A stretch of 64,000 bases of DNA, taken from Octopus sinensis. Taxonomy: Eukaryota. Under the pieces are notes generated by a model, which worked only from the letters and a program-made list of their open reading frames with translations, made no database searches and was not told the DNA's origin. The DNA is taken from assembly GCF_006345805.1 (NCBI RefSeq), contig NC_043010.1:53568001-53632000 (forward strand). The letters run 5' to 3'. Position numbers and translations under genes: made by a program. Within the stretch, counting starts at the first letter, position 1. Every line of letters begins with the position of its first letter. This document shows positions 12,591-27,172 of this stretch, piece after piece.

Positions 12591-14669
12591 AAAAAATCGT
12601 ATTATTTCTATAACTCTATCTAACTCTCACCGTAACTCTGTGTGTGTGTAAATAACACCCAGGGTGGGTCAAAAATAAGGCAAATAAAAGTTAAATTACT
12701 TCCTGAGTCACTCTCATATATTGAGGGAGGGAGTAGCATGGACACAAGCACTAATCTATATAGAACAGTATCAGTCAGTATCATAAGTTCTTCATTGCTA
12801 CTTTATCGTTTCTCAAAATTGGCGATTCTGTTGAGGTGATAGATTTTGGGGATTTACTGTTGTTGCTGTCTCTGATCTTGTCCATCTCTCCTCGTCTATA
12901 TTTTCCATGTCTTCGGCTTAGAAAATCTTTTGCTGGATCACACTCTCACTTGTAAAACAAATGCACATATTCTTGTTGCTATTATTTTTTTAAGGACTTA
13001 TTGACAAGAAACACTTAAATAGCTTTGTCCTGCAAATTCATAGGAGCTGGGCTCTCTGTTATGGATGGTGAATTTTATGAACTTCTCAGCAACCTCTAGA
13101 GGGCACAATTACATATTATTTTGTGACTTGGTTGAATCATGAAGACTTATATATTCATGGGGACCTCATTAAATCTAATATCAAATTTAGGTCTGCGCTG
13201 ACCAGCTTATCGTTTTGTGCAACGGAATTTACACCTCTGCAGTGGTGAACGCTGACATCGTTGCCTTAGAGGCAACCTATCCATTTATTTTCCCCAAATC
13301 TTGCAGAACCGATTTATGTGCAAGAACAGCTCAGAAAATTTAGGCTTGTTTCTAACTATGTCATCTGTTTTAAGGATGAATCATATGGACTCCCTTTCAC
13401 CTCCGAAGTGTTTCTCTTAAAATTTACGCCAGGGATCTCTATGCACCTTCCTTCAACGGAAGAAAGTATGTCCCAGTGGCTTTGGAAAATCACACAGTAA
13501 TGTTACACATCTCATCTTTCTCTTGTCCCGCATTTCTGTGATGGATGTTAAAAAAACTCGCACCTTCTTGCGAATAAGACACTGTCAGTAAAAGAGTTCA
13601 AATTCAAATGTTTTATTTACCTTTGACAAGACACTTGCAAAAAGGACGATGTGTAATTGTTACATACTTTTGGGTTGATGTAGCATGTACATCTATAGTG
13701 TTGCTGTTGTTGAAAATATTTCTACCCGAGATATTCAACTTGGATGTTAAAATCGAATTTGATTTAATTATTTTTTTTTGCGAGATGGGATTCAGTAATA
13801 TTGTGAAGGTGCAATTAAAATAATCTTCCACTTTAGTTTTTATTGTTTCCTGTATGGTTTGGATTCTTTTATTAATTTCCATTTCGTATATTTTTTTTCT
13901 TTTTTTTTTTGTCAGAGAGAAGTTTCATGCCGTAGAAAATATATAAACTCTGTACAAAAATAATGGCACAAACCTTATTTATTCTTTTGTGAAGCTCAGT
14001 AGAAGGAGACACAAAACTTTAGGAAATTATCTGTATGCGAGTAGTTTTATGAAAAATAATCTCTACTTCGTCCAGCTTAATCCTTTTCTCGGAAGAGGGA
14101 TTTGTAAACATAATAAAACTGAAACTGAACGATCGAAGGACAAGAAAATAAGAAAGGGACATTGAACGAAATCAGCTAATGAAATCCAGCAATTAAAATG
14201 TGCAATTAAGCATAATGAATTAAGGGGGATCAGTTAACGTAAACCTGTGAATGATAATTTAACACAGAGGATGGACGATAACAACAATCCAATATAAGGG
14301 AAACATAATAAAGCAACTCATTTATGGAAAGCATGAATTCCTCAAACATAAATAAATAATGCAAACATGAAATAAAAATGGAGAAAAGCATAAGATATTT
14401 GTTGTGAACAGTTTGGGAAAATGTAACAGGAGATAAACTAAAATGCGTTGCAATAAGGAACTTTTATATTGTTTCGTTTACTCGTTTCACCAGCTTTTAT
14501 ATTTGTTTCGTCAATATTCAGCAAATCGCAAGGGGTTGCCATAAAGAATCTTATCTAGTAATACTTTTGCCCTGGGTTCATTACGTTCTCATTTCAGAAC
14601 TTTAGCATTCATATGCTCAACTGGTTATGGTCAAACAACTGACAAGCAAATCTGTGGTAGTGAGCAATA

Positions 14670-15420
14670 TATTTACTTTATTTACATTATTTACATTATT
14701 TACATTCGACGGATATTTGTCCTCATCTTGTTTCTTATTAACACAACGTTTCGGCTCATATATCTTCATATATTATATTGTTATTATTATTATTATTATT
14801 GTTGTTCAGGTTGGAATCGAACTCGGAATCTTGGGGTTAGTAGCCCGCACTCTTAACCATTACACCATATGCCCGTTGGCAATTATTGAGTGAATTTTAG
14901 GGCTTATAAATTTAATATTTTTCTATCCTTCCTTAATACCGATTCCCATATGCTGCTCATATATGCACTCGGTCTGCTTAGGAGGTTGTCGTGTCCTAGC
15001 ATATGTGCTGCTTCATTTAGTTTTCGTATTTTCCAGTGGTGTTCTCTGTCTATTATTTTAACTTCATCCCACAGGAGGAGGTGGTCTCCATTTTTCCATA
15101 CATGATCAGCAATGCCAGATTTATCTATATCTCTTTGTGTCACAGCTTTGCGATGTTCGTCTACCCTTATTTTGAGGGGGTGTCATGTTTCGCCTTTGAA
15201 TAACCTACCGCAGCTACATGGGAAGGAGTACACGCAGTCTTTGGTCATATTTTCTTCTATTGGTGGTTTTACTCGAAGGTGATATTTGCGAAGTGTATTA
15301 CTCTTGAATACTCTCCCGATGTCATATGGGCCGCATATCTTTAGTATCTTTTCGGAGAGGCCTTTCACACAGGGTAGACGGACTGTGGAAAGTTTATTGG
15401 CCTAATCCTTTCTCATCTTC
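14670..15420 (-). mobile_element. Penelope-like element 3' part: GIY-YIG endonuclease pseudogene plus 3' region
   Basis: Reads LPCVKGLSEKILKI...CVYSFPCSCGRLFKGET*HPLKIRVDEHRK...KSGIADHVW..H...WDEVKIIDRE..WKIRKLNEA: the PLE GIY-YIG pattern, with one stop. Confidence 0.85.
14804..14875 (-). other. tRNA-derived (Pol III A/B box) segment downstream of the Penelope ORF
   Basis: gggcatatggtgtaatggttaagagtgcgggctactaaccccaagattccgagttcgattccaacc. A box TGGTGTAATGG and B box GTTCGATTCC; the acceptor stem does not pair. Confidence 0.7.
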
Positions 15421-15427
15421 ATATTTG

Positions 15428-15595
15428 AAGAAGTGTAAAGAGAGGGATTGCACAGTCCCTAAATCATCGTGCAAAAATATAAGTAGCGATCGTGGTACAC
15501 ACCACGAAGAAATGATAAAGTTCAGTAACAATCTATTAAGCAACAACTACCACAAAAGTATACTATCCACTCCAATTATGAAGAAGAGAAATTCA
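15428..15595 (+). mobile_element. Inverted upstream piece of the same Penelope ORF (RT thumb/linker)
   Basis: KNISSDRGTHHEEMIKFSNNLLSNNYHKSIL resembles the PLE 'I.S....EE...L...L..N.YP' region; opposite strand to the endonuclease part. Confidence 0.55.
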
Positions 15596-15664
15596 AGACA
15601 ACAAGTCTTGAATTTCTTTGGTATCGACTCTGCTATGATAAGAATTTTGCAAAATATATGACAA

Positions 15665-16130
15665 TACAATGTTTATTTTGTCTGGTCTTTTTGCCGCAGT
15701 AGTATGGTTAGTCTGTAAGGCGAAGTGCCACAAGATGATGTGTTTATCATTTTCTATCACAGCCTCTGATTCGTGTTCACATCACGTTTCTTTTGCTTTG
15801 AAATCACACAGTCAGTTAATATTACAATGCATTCAATGCACTTGTACTCCTTTTATCACGCTGATGTGATTGTTGCTTTCGTCTCATTTCGTGCAGATTC
15901 TGTGTTTGCTGTCTTGCTGGGATTTATAGTTCTTTAGCTTTATTACAATTGTTTTAGAGGCTTGTTTATGTCCAGCTATAATTAGTGTTTCTGTTTCTCA
16001 TTTCAAGTCCCCGTCCGTCGACCACAGCCAGCGATCTTCACGTCCAGCATTCTCGGTTTGCTGCATGAATAGGCCATACTCTTCTATTTCTTTCCATTTG
16101 TTTATTCGTTGTTCTTCATTTTGCGTTTGA
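15665..16130 (-). mobile_element. Decayed RLE-type (R4/Dong-like) LINE fragment
   Basis: Minus-strand translations RWLWSTDGDLK*ETETLIIAGHKQA and EHESEAVIENDKHIILWHFALQTNHTTAAKRPD match the post-RT and restriction-like endonuclease motifs (ILWDF.IQTD...RPD). Confidence 0.75.
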
Positions 16131-19060
16131 TTTCGCACACTATTCTCCTAACCATTATTATTTCAAACATCCCAGATATGTTATTCATTCAGATGTATGT
16201 ACTCTTAACAATACAATAGGAAATGAGTTGTTTCCTTATGAAAGACTGGAAATCAAACATCGTATAGGATGTTTGATTGGATGTCCATACAAGGAGATGA
16301 GGTTGGGTTAAACCAATATATGTTTCTTTTTCCAGATTTAATATTTAGGAGGGGCATGTTCCACCACATGTTTTAGTTTTGCTATGTAATTGCTTGGTAT
16401 TGTGAACTATAACTGTTTTGTGTATCTGTTGCTAAATATTTGCTTATAGCTTAAAGAGATATAATTTTTGTCCTTGTCAAAAAGATGCCTCTTTTCTGAA
16501 GAATCCAATACTCGTAGGACAAATAGAGAATAAGTTACAAAAATCGATATATGGAAATATTCTCAGCAAATAAACTAATAAAGATTGTACAATGAATCTG
16601 TAGCGACAACAAACTTCTATGTTTGAACTTCGTTTAACCTGCTGTGAAGCCAAAATTTCTCTGAGCTAGTACAGACGCTAGAAAGTTTCATAAGATATAC
16701 GTTCCTTTGAAATACTGTCCGTCGCTATTAATTCGATCCATATGGAAAGAAGAAATTCCTTTTTGCAACCGTAACAAAACTGACTAAGCAGTAAGTGTTC
16801 TGTTATTATATAATTACCATATTATAACATGCATAATGAATTAACTTTCCTCGCCTATCTACAGACTGGCTTTAAACGTAACAGTAGAAAAACGTGACTG
16901 GCAGATCGCGTATTACATTCTCCGCAGCCTACGACTATTCTTCTTAGACTGGTTTTATACGTCTCTTTTCATAGCTATTAAAACACAGATCTCACATGGT
17001 TAGTTCCTATAATCGAAGAACGTTTTTTCAGTAACAGTGTCTTTCGACTACTTAGCTACGAACAAGGCTAAGCAAAGCTCATAGAAAATAAATATAAACA
17101 ATTAGTAAGATTTTATTTTTTACATGCCGTTTACTGGGATCAATCCCAAAATTTATGAACCATCCAATTCTTATACACCATAATATAGAAGCAAGACTGG
17201 TCATCCTTTACCAGTCTCTAATGAATTTTATATTGTATAGATTTGAAGAAGAACTATGTAAAATGAAAATAAATTTGCAGGGATGACCAAAAACAAAAAC
17301 CTTCGAAAACCGATAAATTCAACGCAAATGTTCTTTCTGTTGTAGGACAGAACGTATATGTACGCCATTTTTATGGCAGCTGAACAACTGAAATAAGAAA
17401 AATTTCTAAACTACGGGGAGAATTGCAGTGAAGGGGATATCGCATAATTTAAAAACGCAATTTAAAATCAGGTTCCAGAAATTCGCATTAGAATACTAAT
17501 AGAAAATCTCACAAATGGAACGAAAACATGTTTTATTGTGATACAGCTGATTAGAGAACTCGACAAACATGAAATGAAATAATGTCTAGGGCAATAAAAT
17601 GGTATTGATTTTAAATCGATTATTTTCTTTTTAATGATCATTTTGTTGCTGAAATGAATTTTGCAATTATTCTAATCAGGGAATTTTGTAAAAGAATTTA
17701 TGAATAATTTGAAATTATTTAGAGCTATGACCAAAATCATTTACGGAACATTTAGGGTAAAAACGTGTTTGATGAAGGTTGTTCTTCGCTACCAAATGTA
17801 AGGGGGAGTCGATGTTTCATCAGGCAGTAAATTTCCTCTGTAAGCGTTTTGGTCCCTCCCACCGAGACTCTAGAGCTGCTTGGAATTCCCCACCGATGTA
17901 GGCGATACAACTCCCACAGTACTGCAAGAGCTATATTAAGTGAGGTTTTACCATTTTGGGCGAGATGTTTCTACCAAACTTAATGCGCGCTCTAGCTGCA
18001 CCATTCGTGCTTTCTTGATCCACATGTAATGAGAGAATCAATTTCGAATCTCAACTTAATTTTCAAAAGCCTGAGTACCTGCAGCATTCTAGCACTTTTC
18101 CATTCAAATGGCGAGCAGCTAGTCTTTCACTTAACAATAAAGATCTCTTCGTGTTGCCTAAAACAGATGGAATAGCTATTAATGGACAAAAATAGGATAT
18201 ATAAGGTTCAATAAAAACTCATTCGAAGAGCGATAGACGCAGGGCAGTGCGGTTATTCGTTTAGCTACATCAGGAAACATAAATCCACATAATTATCAGA
18301 GTATATATGGCAGTTGAGCCACAGCTGACGAAAATAATTGCATAATCGACTGGTTCACATTTTCTGATTCGACGACATTCAGTATGTACAGCAACAGCTG
18401 TATATTAAATGGCAATATAAATTAAAGATAGAGTAACGGGCTTTAGTTATATAAATATTCATATAAGAAATTGCAATTATAAAAATCTGGTATTCATAAA
18501 ATACGTTCCTTTCATTAAAAAACCTATTTTTAGTGCATTTCAGGAGTTGTCGCAATGTTACAACCTTTGTATGTATGTTGTAATTTTTTAAAATTCTACA
18601 AGTAACAATCTTCATTTCTACTTCGCTAATAAACGCGTCGCACCGCATGTATGTATTAAAAAGCCCAAGCTTATATAAGAAGGAACATTAAATATATGAA
18701 TATATTTACATCGAAATTTCCTATTTCTAATTAATTATAGATATCGATGTCAATATATGCGTATTATATATATATATATATATATAATATATATATATAA
18801 TATATATATATTATATATATATATATGTATATATATACGTGTATTTATCGCATGTGTTTATGGAGTTTTTGTAGGTTGCTTCGTAATGTTTAGACATTCA
18901 TTAAGGTTGGAGGAGAAAAATAATGTTTCGACTTTCTCCCTTAATATAATTATTTATATATAATTATTAATTGTATATATGTGCGTGTGTTTGTGTGTGT
19001 GTGTTTGTATATATATATATTTATATATATGTATTTATATATATATATATATACATACAT

Positions 19061-19113
<53 letters not shown>

Positions 19114-19694
19114 AGTATGGATCGTAAAAATCCTTGTGCTGACTTTGAACTTATTTACACTTCTGTGGGGCGCAACACTGCGAAACATCAATGATAAGTA
19201 TTTAATGCATGGGAGTTGTTAAACGCTTTTATGCTACGATATTTAATCCAACTATGGTCCTTTTAACGATCAAGTGTGTTAAAGAACTCAGTATATTTCA
19301 ACGGCAAGCAAAACGAACAGCCCTGGGGGTGAACGAGAATGACAGATACCCATATTTCGCTGCTATGTCTAATACTCGGTGGTGCATTCTTGATTCATTA
19401 TCGACACGAATACTTGCGCATTGAAGGTGACTGATTTTCATGTGAACAATTAGATAAAGATATACAGCGGAAATCATAAATCATTTCGAACACAAAATCA
19501 TGTATAATCGTAAAGGATAAATAAATTATAGCGTTATACGTTTAAAGCGACACAAAATGCACAAGATTACTCATGAGCACCTACATATCCCTTCTCCATA
19601 CATGCATGTATGTATATATATATGTATATGTATATATATGTACATGTATATGTATATATATATATAATATATATATATATAATATATATATATA

Positions 19695-19736
<42 letters not shown>

Positions 19737-19867
19737 TATGTGTGTGTGTTGTCTGTGTGTTTGTGTATATACATATATGTATACGTATGCATATATATAT
19801 TATATATAATGTATGTATATATATGTATGCATAATATACATATATATATAATATATATACATATCGG

Positions 19868-19913
<46 letters not shown>

Positions 19914-19979
19914 CTGTATGTGTGTATGTATCTGTATCTGTGTTGACATGTATATATGTATGTATATATATATATATTA

Positions 19980-20025
<46 letters not shown>

Positions 20026-20664
20026 GTACAGACACTGACAGACACTCGCGCAGGCATATATCGTCGCACATATTCACGGTAAGCGCGGCAAATTTATGAT
20101 AAACCAGGGGAAAAAGCCGGATACAGATTTATTAATAACGCTATTCATCACTCCCTGTGAAGACAATATTATCAGCCATGGGGGAATTCGCAGACATAAA
20201 AGTAATTTTGAAATACAGTGTTTCAAGTCTTGTGTTAATTATATTAGATATCCATTACGATGTGTTAATACTGTTCCATATATAGCAATCAATTCATGTT
20301 TCGTTGATTTTATTCCCGAACACAAAACTAAAAGATATCGTTGAATGCTTTTCATATTGTTATGGCATCTTATTCCATTTATTTCTCCATTTCTGTATTG
20401 CATCCTTTAAAGTACATTTGCACATCACAGAGGTACGTACATACGTTCGACATATACGCACATATTTCTGTGGTTGCGCGAATGTTTTGCTCTCTCTTTT
20501 TCCTTGGCCGTACACACGCACAAACACACAGACACGCACACACACACATGCACACACACGCACACACACACACACAAATACACATATGTGTATAAACATG
20601 TGTAAATGCAAGTGAATGTGTAAACTTTATTGAGAATAGAAAATAAATAAAATATATATATTCC

Positions 20665-20721
20665 TATCTGTCTGTCAGTCTGTCTGTCCATCCATCCATC
20701 CATCCATCCATCCATCCATCC

Positions 20722-20801
<80 letters not shown>

Positions 20802-20840
20802 GTCTATCTGCCTATCTATCTATCTATCTATCTATCTATC

Positions 20841-20904
<64 letters not shown>

Positions 20905-21069
20905 CCTACCTACATGCCTATCTATCTCTCTATTTTTTCCGATCCCTTTTGATCGGAATTTTACATTTGTTTCCTTTTTTCCCCCTTTCTCGTTTCCATA
21001 TTCGAAAAGAAAAGCTCTACATTTGTATTTGTTCCCTTGTGTTCAGTCCTGTGTGGCCAAAATAGAAAG

Positions 21070-21160
<91 letters not shown>

Positions 21161-21188
21161 CTATCTATCTATCTTCTATCTATCTATC

Positions 21189-21267
<79 letters not shown>

Positions 21268-21541
21268 ATCTATCTATCTATCTATCTATCTACCTACCTA
21301 CATGCCTATCTATCTCTCTATTTTTTCCGATCCCTTTTGATCGGAATTTTACATTTGTTTCCTTTTTTCCCCTTTCTCGTTTCCATATTCGAAAAGAAAA
21401 GCTCTACATTTGTATTTGTTCCTTGTGTTCAGTCCTGTGTGGCCAAAATAGAAAGTTATCTATCTATCTATCTATCTATCTATTCTATATCTATCATCTA
21501 TCTATCTATCTATTCTATCTATCTATCTATCTATCTATCTG

Positions 21542-21604
<63 letters not shown>

Positions 21605-21660
21605 CCCTCTCTATCTATCTATCTGTCTGTCTGTCTGTCAGTCTGTCTGTCTGTCTATTT
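20665..21660. repeat. (TCCA)n/(TCTA)n array containing a duplicated ~180-bp unique segment
   Basis: ~20905-21072 is repeated at ~21293-21460. Confidence 0.9.
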
Positions 21661-22248
21661 CCCTGTTCGTCAGCCTTTCTCGATGTCTGCTCGTTTTTCT
21701 TTCCCTCTGTCTCTCTCTCTTTATTTCTCTCTCAAACCCTTATTCACTCACTCACTTTCTCTGTGTGTGTATATATATATACATACACATGTGAGTGTTA
21801 AGATCGTCTCTAGAGATTTTGTATAGAAATTAATTATATTCAACACTGATTTTGTTACGACGTTTCGTATCCGAGACGTCAGATATAAGCAAATAATGAA
21901 ATAGCGGATGAAAAACGGGTAATATTTCGTGAGTCTTCGCTCTTTCATTAGCCCCCACCTAACTCGTTAATCATCCAAGATCTCATTGCTTAAATAGCCA
22001 CAACATATACCGGTCTAACATTATTGAATATTTATATATATTTAAACACATTACTGGAACCTGCTATATAAATATCAATGTCATGTGGGGACACCGCATT
22101 TCGTTCTGCTTTGAACTATATTAAACATTTGTACTAGTACTATTGTGTTACATGTATATATTTATGTCTATACTGTATTCATTAAATATATATACATGCA
22201 TACTCAAACAGATATTTACATATCCCTACAAGCATACATATATATATA

Positions 22249-22708
<460 letters not shown>

Positions 22709-22863
22709 GGTGTACATTTAAACACAAAAGAAAACTACCTTTTATAGTAATTTTTACACGACCAAAACTACATTTTAAGAGCAATTTTACACGACCAAAA
22801 CTACATTTTAAGAGCAATTTTCGAAGGGAATGAAAAATAAAAACTTTTACCTAGTTATCTTTT

Positions 22864-22936
22864 ACGGTCATACCCAGGTTTCAGATTATTTTAGCAAATA
22901 AATTATTTTGCTAGGAGAATCTTCATCAGTAACCGT
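22864..22936 (-). ncRNA. Type I hammerhead ribozyme, extended stem II
   Basis: Reverse complement: acggtta-CTGATGA-agatt..tagcaaa/tttgcta..aatct-GAAA-cctggg-TA-tgaccgt. Confidence 0.85.
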
Positions 22937-23304
22937 GCCTTAACAATTAACATATAATTTAGAGGCAGATAACACGCATCTCGTCATTATATTTTGTAAT
23001 TTTTCAAAATTCACCGCGCAAGCACAGTTTCAGTCGAACTTCGAAAAGCTGGAATCAAATTTGTAAAAACTATATAGAGTGGTGAATATTCTTAGAAATT
23101 TCACCAGCAGTGGCCTAGCATGTATAAAATGTCAATAGACAACGTATTCTCAATATAAAATAGTTTACATTTAAACACAAAAGAAAACTACCTTTTATAG
23201 GTAATTTTTACACGCTAGAAGACGCAGTCAAAACGACCAAAACCACATTTTAAGAGCAAATTTCGAAGGGACTGAAAAATAAAACATTTACCTCGTTATT
23301 TTTT

Positions 23305-23377
23305 ACGGTCATACCTAGGTTTCAGATTATTTTAGCAAAGAAAATAATTTGCTAGGCGAATCTTCATCAGTAACCGT
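23305..23377 (-). ncRNA. Type I hammerhead ribozyme, palindromic stem III (ACCTAGGT)
   Basis: Reverse complement: acggtta-CTGATGA-agatt..tagcaaa/tttgcta..aatct-GAAA-cctagg-TA-tgaccgt. Confidence 0.85.
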
Positions 23378-26305
23378 GTAAGCATATGTAAGCATATGAA
23401 TATGAAAATAAACAGAGCAACATAGAGACGGATAGTTACATAGGTTATATGAATATACAAGCACACATGCGCAAATGGAGACTGAAACACATGATCATAT
23501 ATATGCACGCTTTAATTCACACAAGGACACATATGGAGACGTGCGTCCACACTTATGGTGATGCACATCCATACATAGAAACATGGTACATAGTTGCAAA
23601 ACACACACTCACACAGACATGCACGCACAAGGAGACAGAAGTGCATAGATATACAAACACACGCTCACACGCACGCATACATAAAATATACACAAACACG
23701 GACATGCATGCACATGGATATGCAGAATACATGAATACATATGCATACACACACATATATACATACACACATGCATAGATACATACATATATACATAGAT
23801 ACATACATACATACATGTATGCATAAGCACACACATACATACTGAGCCACGTACATGCGCAAAAGCAAACAAAAAGGAAGGCAGTGTGTATAACGGACAG
23901 AGTCAAGACTATTGAAAAGGTTGCGAGACGTAACGAAAATTTTAGAAAACATTAGGAATTAGGAATAAGTGGAAATTTTACCGGTGTGTGGGTTAAATTA
24001 TAAGGCAGAAAAAGAAAATGTGTCTCCCTAGATACAGCAGTATATATAGGGAGAAGTCACAAAAAGAAAGACGTAGACAGGTGGTGTAGACAACAAGCAG
24101 ATGTATTAGTTTAACACTCGGGAAGAGAAAAAGTCTTTAACGTTTCGAGCCTACGCTCTTCCAAAGAAAGGAGCAACTAAAGAAAGAGGGAGAGAAAATA
24201 TTTTTTTCAACATTTCAGAGTATAGTATAGAACACACTATTGTATCATATAGAACATACAATATTTTTTATATTGAGAGTATTAAAATGAACCCACGCAT
24301 TAATGATGAAATCTGGTGAAGAATTCTAGGTAAGTTAATTTGTATTATTTAAAACAAATTAATTGTGCAAATCGGCTGGTGGAATGTTTAATATTCGTAG
24401 TATGTTGACATGTCCGGATATATTTCCGTCGTCTGAGATATCGGCTAGGAAGATTAGTCTAGACGCTACTGCCATATGTTAGAATGGCGAGAAAAGAGAA
24501 AGGAATTACCGATGTATATGCGTTTACACGCACGCACACACACACACACACTCACACACACATGCGCATATTTATATATATTCGTACATACTCACATAGA
24601 CACACACATACATATATATGCGCGCGTGTGTATGTGTTTATGCATTTATTTATGTATACACTTGTGTTCTTTTCTCTGCTTCTTTGTGGGAAAAAAGATT
24701 ATGTATGAATGAGAAAAAACGATAGTAATTTAACTAAATCTCCATTGCTTTGTTATAGTTATTGGGTTTCCCATTCTTACTTTATGTTAAAATATCCCAG
24801 ATAATGATATTGTGCCATATAACATGCTTCAACATACTCATACACACAAAGACAAACAAGCACACACACACGTACACATATATACAAAATGTCTATAAAC
24901 ATGAATCTTATATAATCTATATACATAACACATGCATATTACACGTACATATACATGCACACACACACACACACACGCTCACACGCACAAATTAGGCAGC
25001 TATGAATATAAAAATCATCCATGGACAAACATGTGTTTAAATATTTAATGTGTACATAATATATAACCGATCTGGATATAATAAGAGGCGACAAGCATGA
25101 TAAGGTATATAGTAACTCTTATAGAAATGAATAAAAAATAAGGGAGAAAGAAATACAGATAAAAAAGAATTAAATATAGTTCTATAGTATAAAAATGCTT
25201 ATAATCTCTATGAATATTGAGATATTTGAAGTTCGGTGATTGCTTGAAAAGGCTTTCCCTCATCACATCGAGTGCACCCGTTATTGCCCAGTAACTGGAC
25301 TTGAATAATATCAAGCGTAGTTACTATTTAGATGAGACACTTTTTTGGAAGATGCAGGAACTGTAAACATCAAACGTTCTGAACATCGCGTTTCGGTTAA
25401 AGCGGACAACAGAGTAAGGACCCAATTTAAAAAGAATAAAAGGACTGGGTTCGGTTCGATCAAATACAAATTTAAAGGCGATGCCACAAAATGCCCGAAA
25501 TCTAGTGAGTGCAACATGTACATACATATACATACACCTAGGACTGTTCCCGATGTTTTAGGAGTGGGTGGCCACAACAAGACTCAAACCAGACATTCCT
25601 TTCCATTCATTTCCCAGCAGAAAGAGGCGTATCCCATCCTATACTCGGGTCAAGGCATAGAACGCAATCCCCAATATCAGCAGTGGGGACCAACGGCATA
25701 TACTAGTTTACCTCTGTCGCATCATGCTTGTTCCGTACCCCTTTGAGCAACATCAAATTCACTCATCCGTCCACCAGCACTCTCCAAGCTTTCCTATTGT
25801 TTATAAACACCTTTGCCTCTCTCACTCGAACGCCTCTAACCACCAAAACTTTCCCCCCTGCGACTGGGAGGAGGACCGGAAGAATGCAGTCTCTATATTC
25901 CCTTCATGGCATAAGAGGCGACTAAAAGGGGCGGGTGCGAAGGAATCGGTAATCCAATATTCCTAGTAAATTCATATTCCTAAAATTACAAGAAGGTGAA
26001 GTGAAACATGTAAAAGACAAGAAAGACTCCAAATTTTGCAACTATTTTAAGAACATAAGAAAGTTTAACAAATTATCATATCTGTCAGACTTGTAACGTT
26101 TGTATTGGAATAATTAATGTCATAGGGTATCTCATCAATATCCTCAAGAACATAAATCTGATTCCAGACAACATGTTCGTGATAGATTATCGGTCGAAGG
26201 GGATATAGGCCGGCAGAAGGCATGAAATCATTTGCCTGTTACCTGGATGTAGCGTTTGATATGTTTTGAACATTGGCAGGAGTGTTTCAGCTAACTGATG
26301 ATTAA

Positions 26306-26540
26306 AAGGCGGCGAGCTGGCAGAATCGTTAGCACGCCGGGCGAAATGCTTAGCGGTATCTCGTCTGCCGTTACGTTCTGAGTTCAAATTCCGCCGAGGT
26401 CGACTTTGCCTTTCATCCTTTCGGGGTCGAGATAAATTAAGTACCAGTTACGCACTGGGTTCGATGTGATCGACTTAATCAGTTTGTCTGTCCTTGTTTG
26501 TCCTCTCTGTGTTTAGCCCCTTGTGGGTAGTAATGAAATA
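26306..26540 (+). mobile_element. SINE A monomer, well preserved
   Basis: Near-consensus head and body; TSD tgatgattaaaag (26296-26308, 26541-26553). Confidence 0.9.
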
Positions 26541-26755
26541 TGATGATTAAAAGTGAATAGTTTACTTCCTAATTCTTTCGAACATGTTCGCTCCCTTCGT
26601 CTCATTTTGCCCTTTTTGACTGATTTCACTTTTGTAAAATATGAAGTGTTGTCTACATCTATTCTGTTTGCGCTTCCCCAGTTGCTCATTCATCAGTTGT
26701 GTGCCACATCTTCGGCTAAATAATCTATTTCCTTTTATGGGAAATTATCCAAATT

Positions 26756-27172
26756 AGGCGCAGGAGTGGCTGTGTGGTAAGTAGCTTGCTAATCAACCAC
26801 ATGGTTCCGGGTTCAGTCCCACTGCGTGGCATCTTAGGCAAGTGTCTTCTGCTACAGCCCCGGGCCGACCAATGCCTTGTGAATGGATTTGGTAGACGGA
26901 AACTGAAAGAAGCCTGTCGTATATAAGTATATATATATGTATGTGTGTGTGTTTGTGTGTCTGCGTTTGTTCCCCTAGCATTGCTTGACAACCGATGCTG
27001 GTGTGTTTACGTCCCTGTCACTTAGTGGTTCGGCAAAAAGAGACCGATAAAATAAGTACTGGACTTACAAAAAGAATAAGACCCGGGATCGAGTTACTCG
27101 ACTAAAGGCGGTGCTCCAGCATGGCCGCAGTCAAATGACTGAAACAAGTAAAAGAGTAAAAGAGTAAGAGTA
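26756..27172 (+). mobile_element. SINE family B (tRNA head, CORE-like domain, internal microsatellite, LINE-like tail)
   Basis: A box tggctgtgtgg, B box ggttcagtccc, CORE-like cttaggcaagtgtctt, tail cagcatggccgcagtcaaatgactgaaacaa(gtaaaaga)n. Confidence 0.9.

Larger units (their letters stand above)
22713..23378 (-). mobile_element. Non-coding partial-tandem element with two hammerheads
   Basis: 22713-22937 is repeated at 23166-23378; adjacent to (TA)n. Confidence 0.75.

Noticed and set aside
12850-13882. Possible decayed LINE ORF1 or coding remnant on the minus strand
   Set aside because: No diagnostic motif recognisable by eye.
14804-14875. Functional tRNA gene
   Set aside because: The acceptor stem does not pair and it is followed by (AAT)n; treated as tRNA-derived only.
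17800-18130. Possible L1/Tx1 3' remnant
   Set aside because: Similarity too weak to support.
21853-21890. Hammerhead-like CTGACG...GAAACGTC on the minus strand
   Set aside because: A9 is missing and stems I and II do not pair convincingly.
25345-25935. 133-aa ORF and a taagaggcgactaaaagggg motif recalling LINE 5' regions
   Set aside because: No domain recognised and the motif could not be folded into a defined structure.
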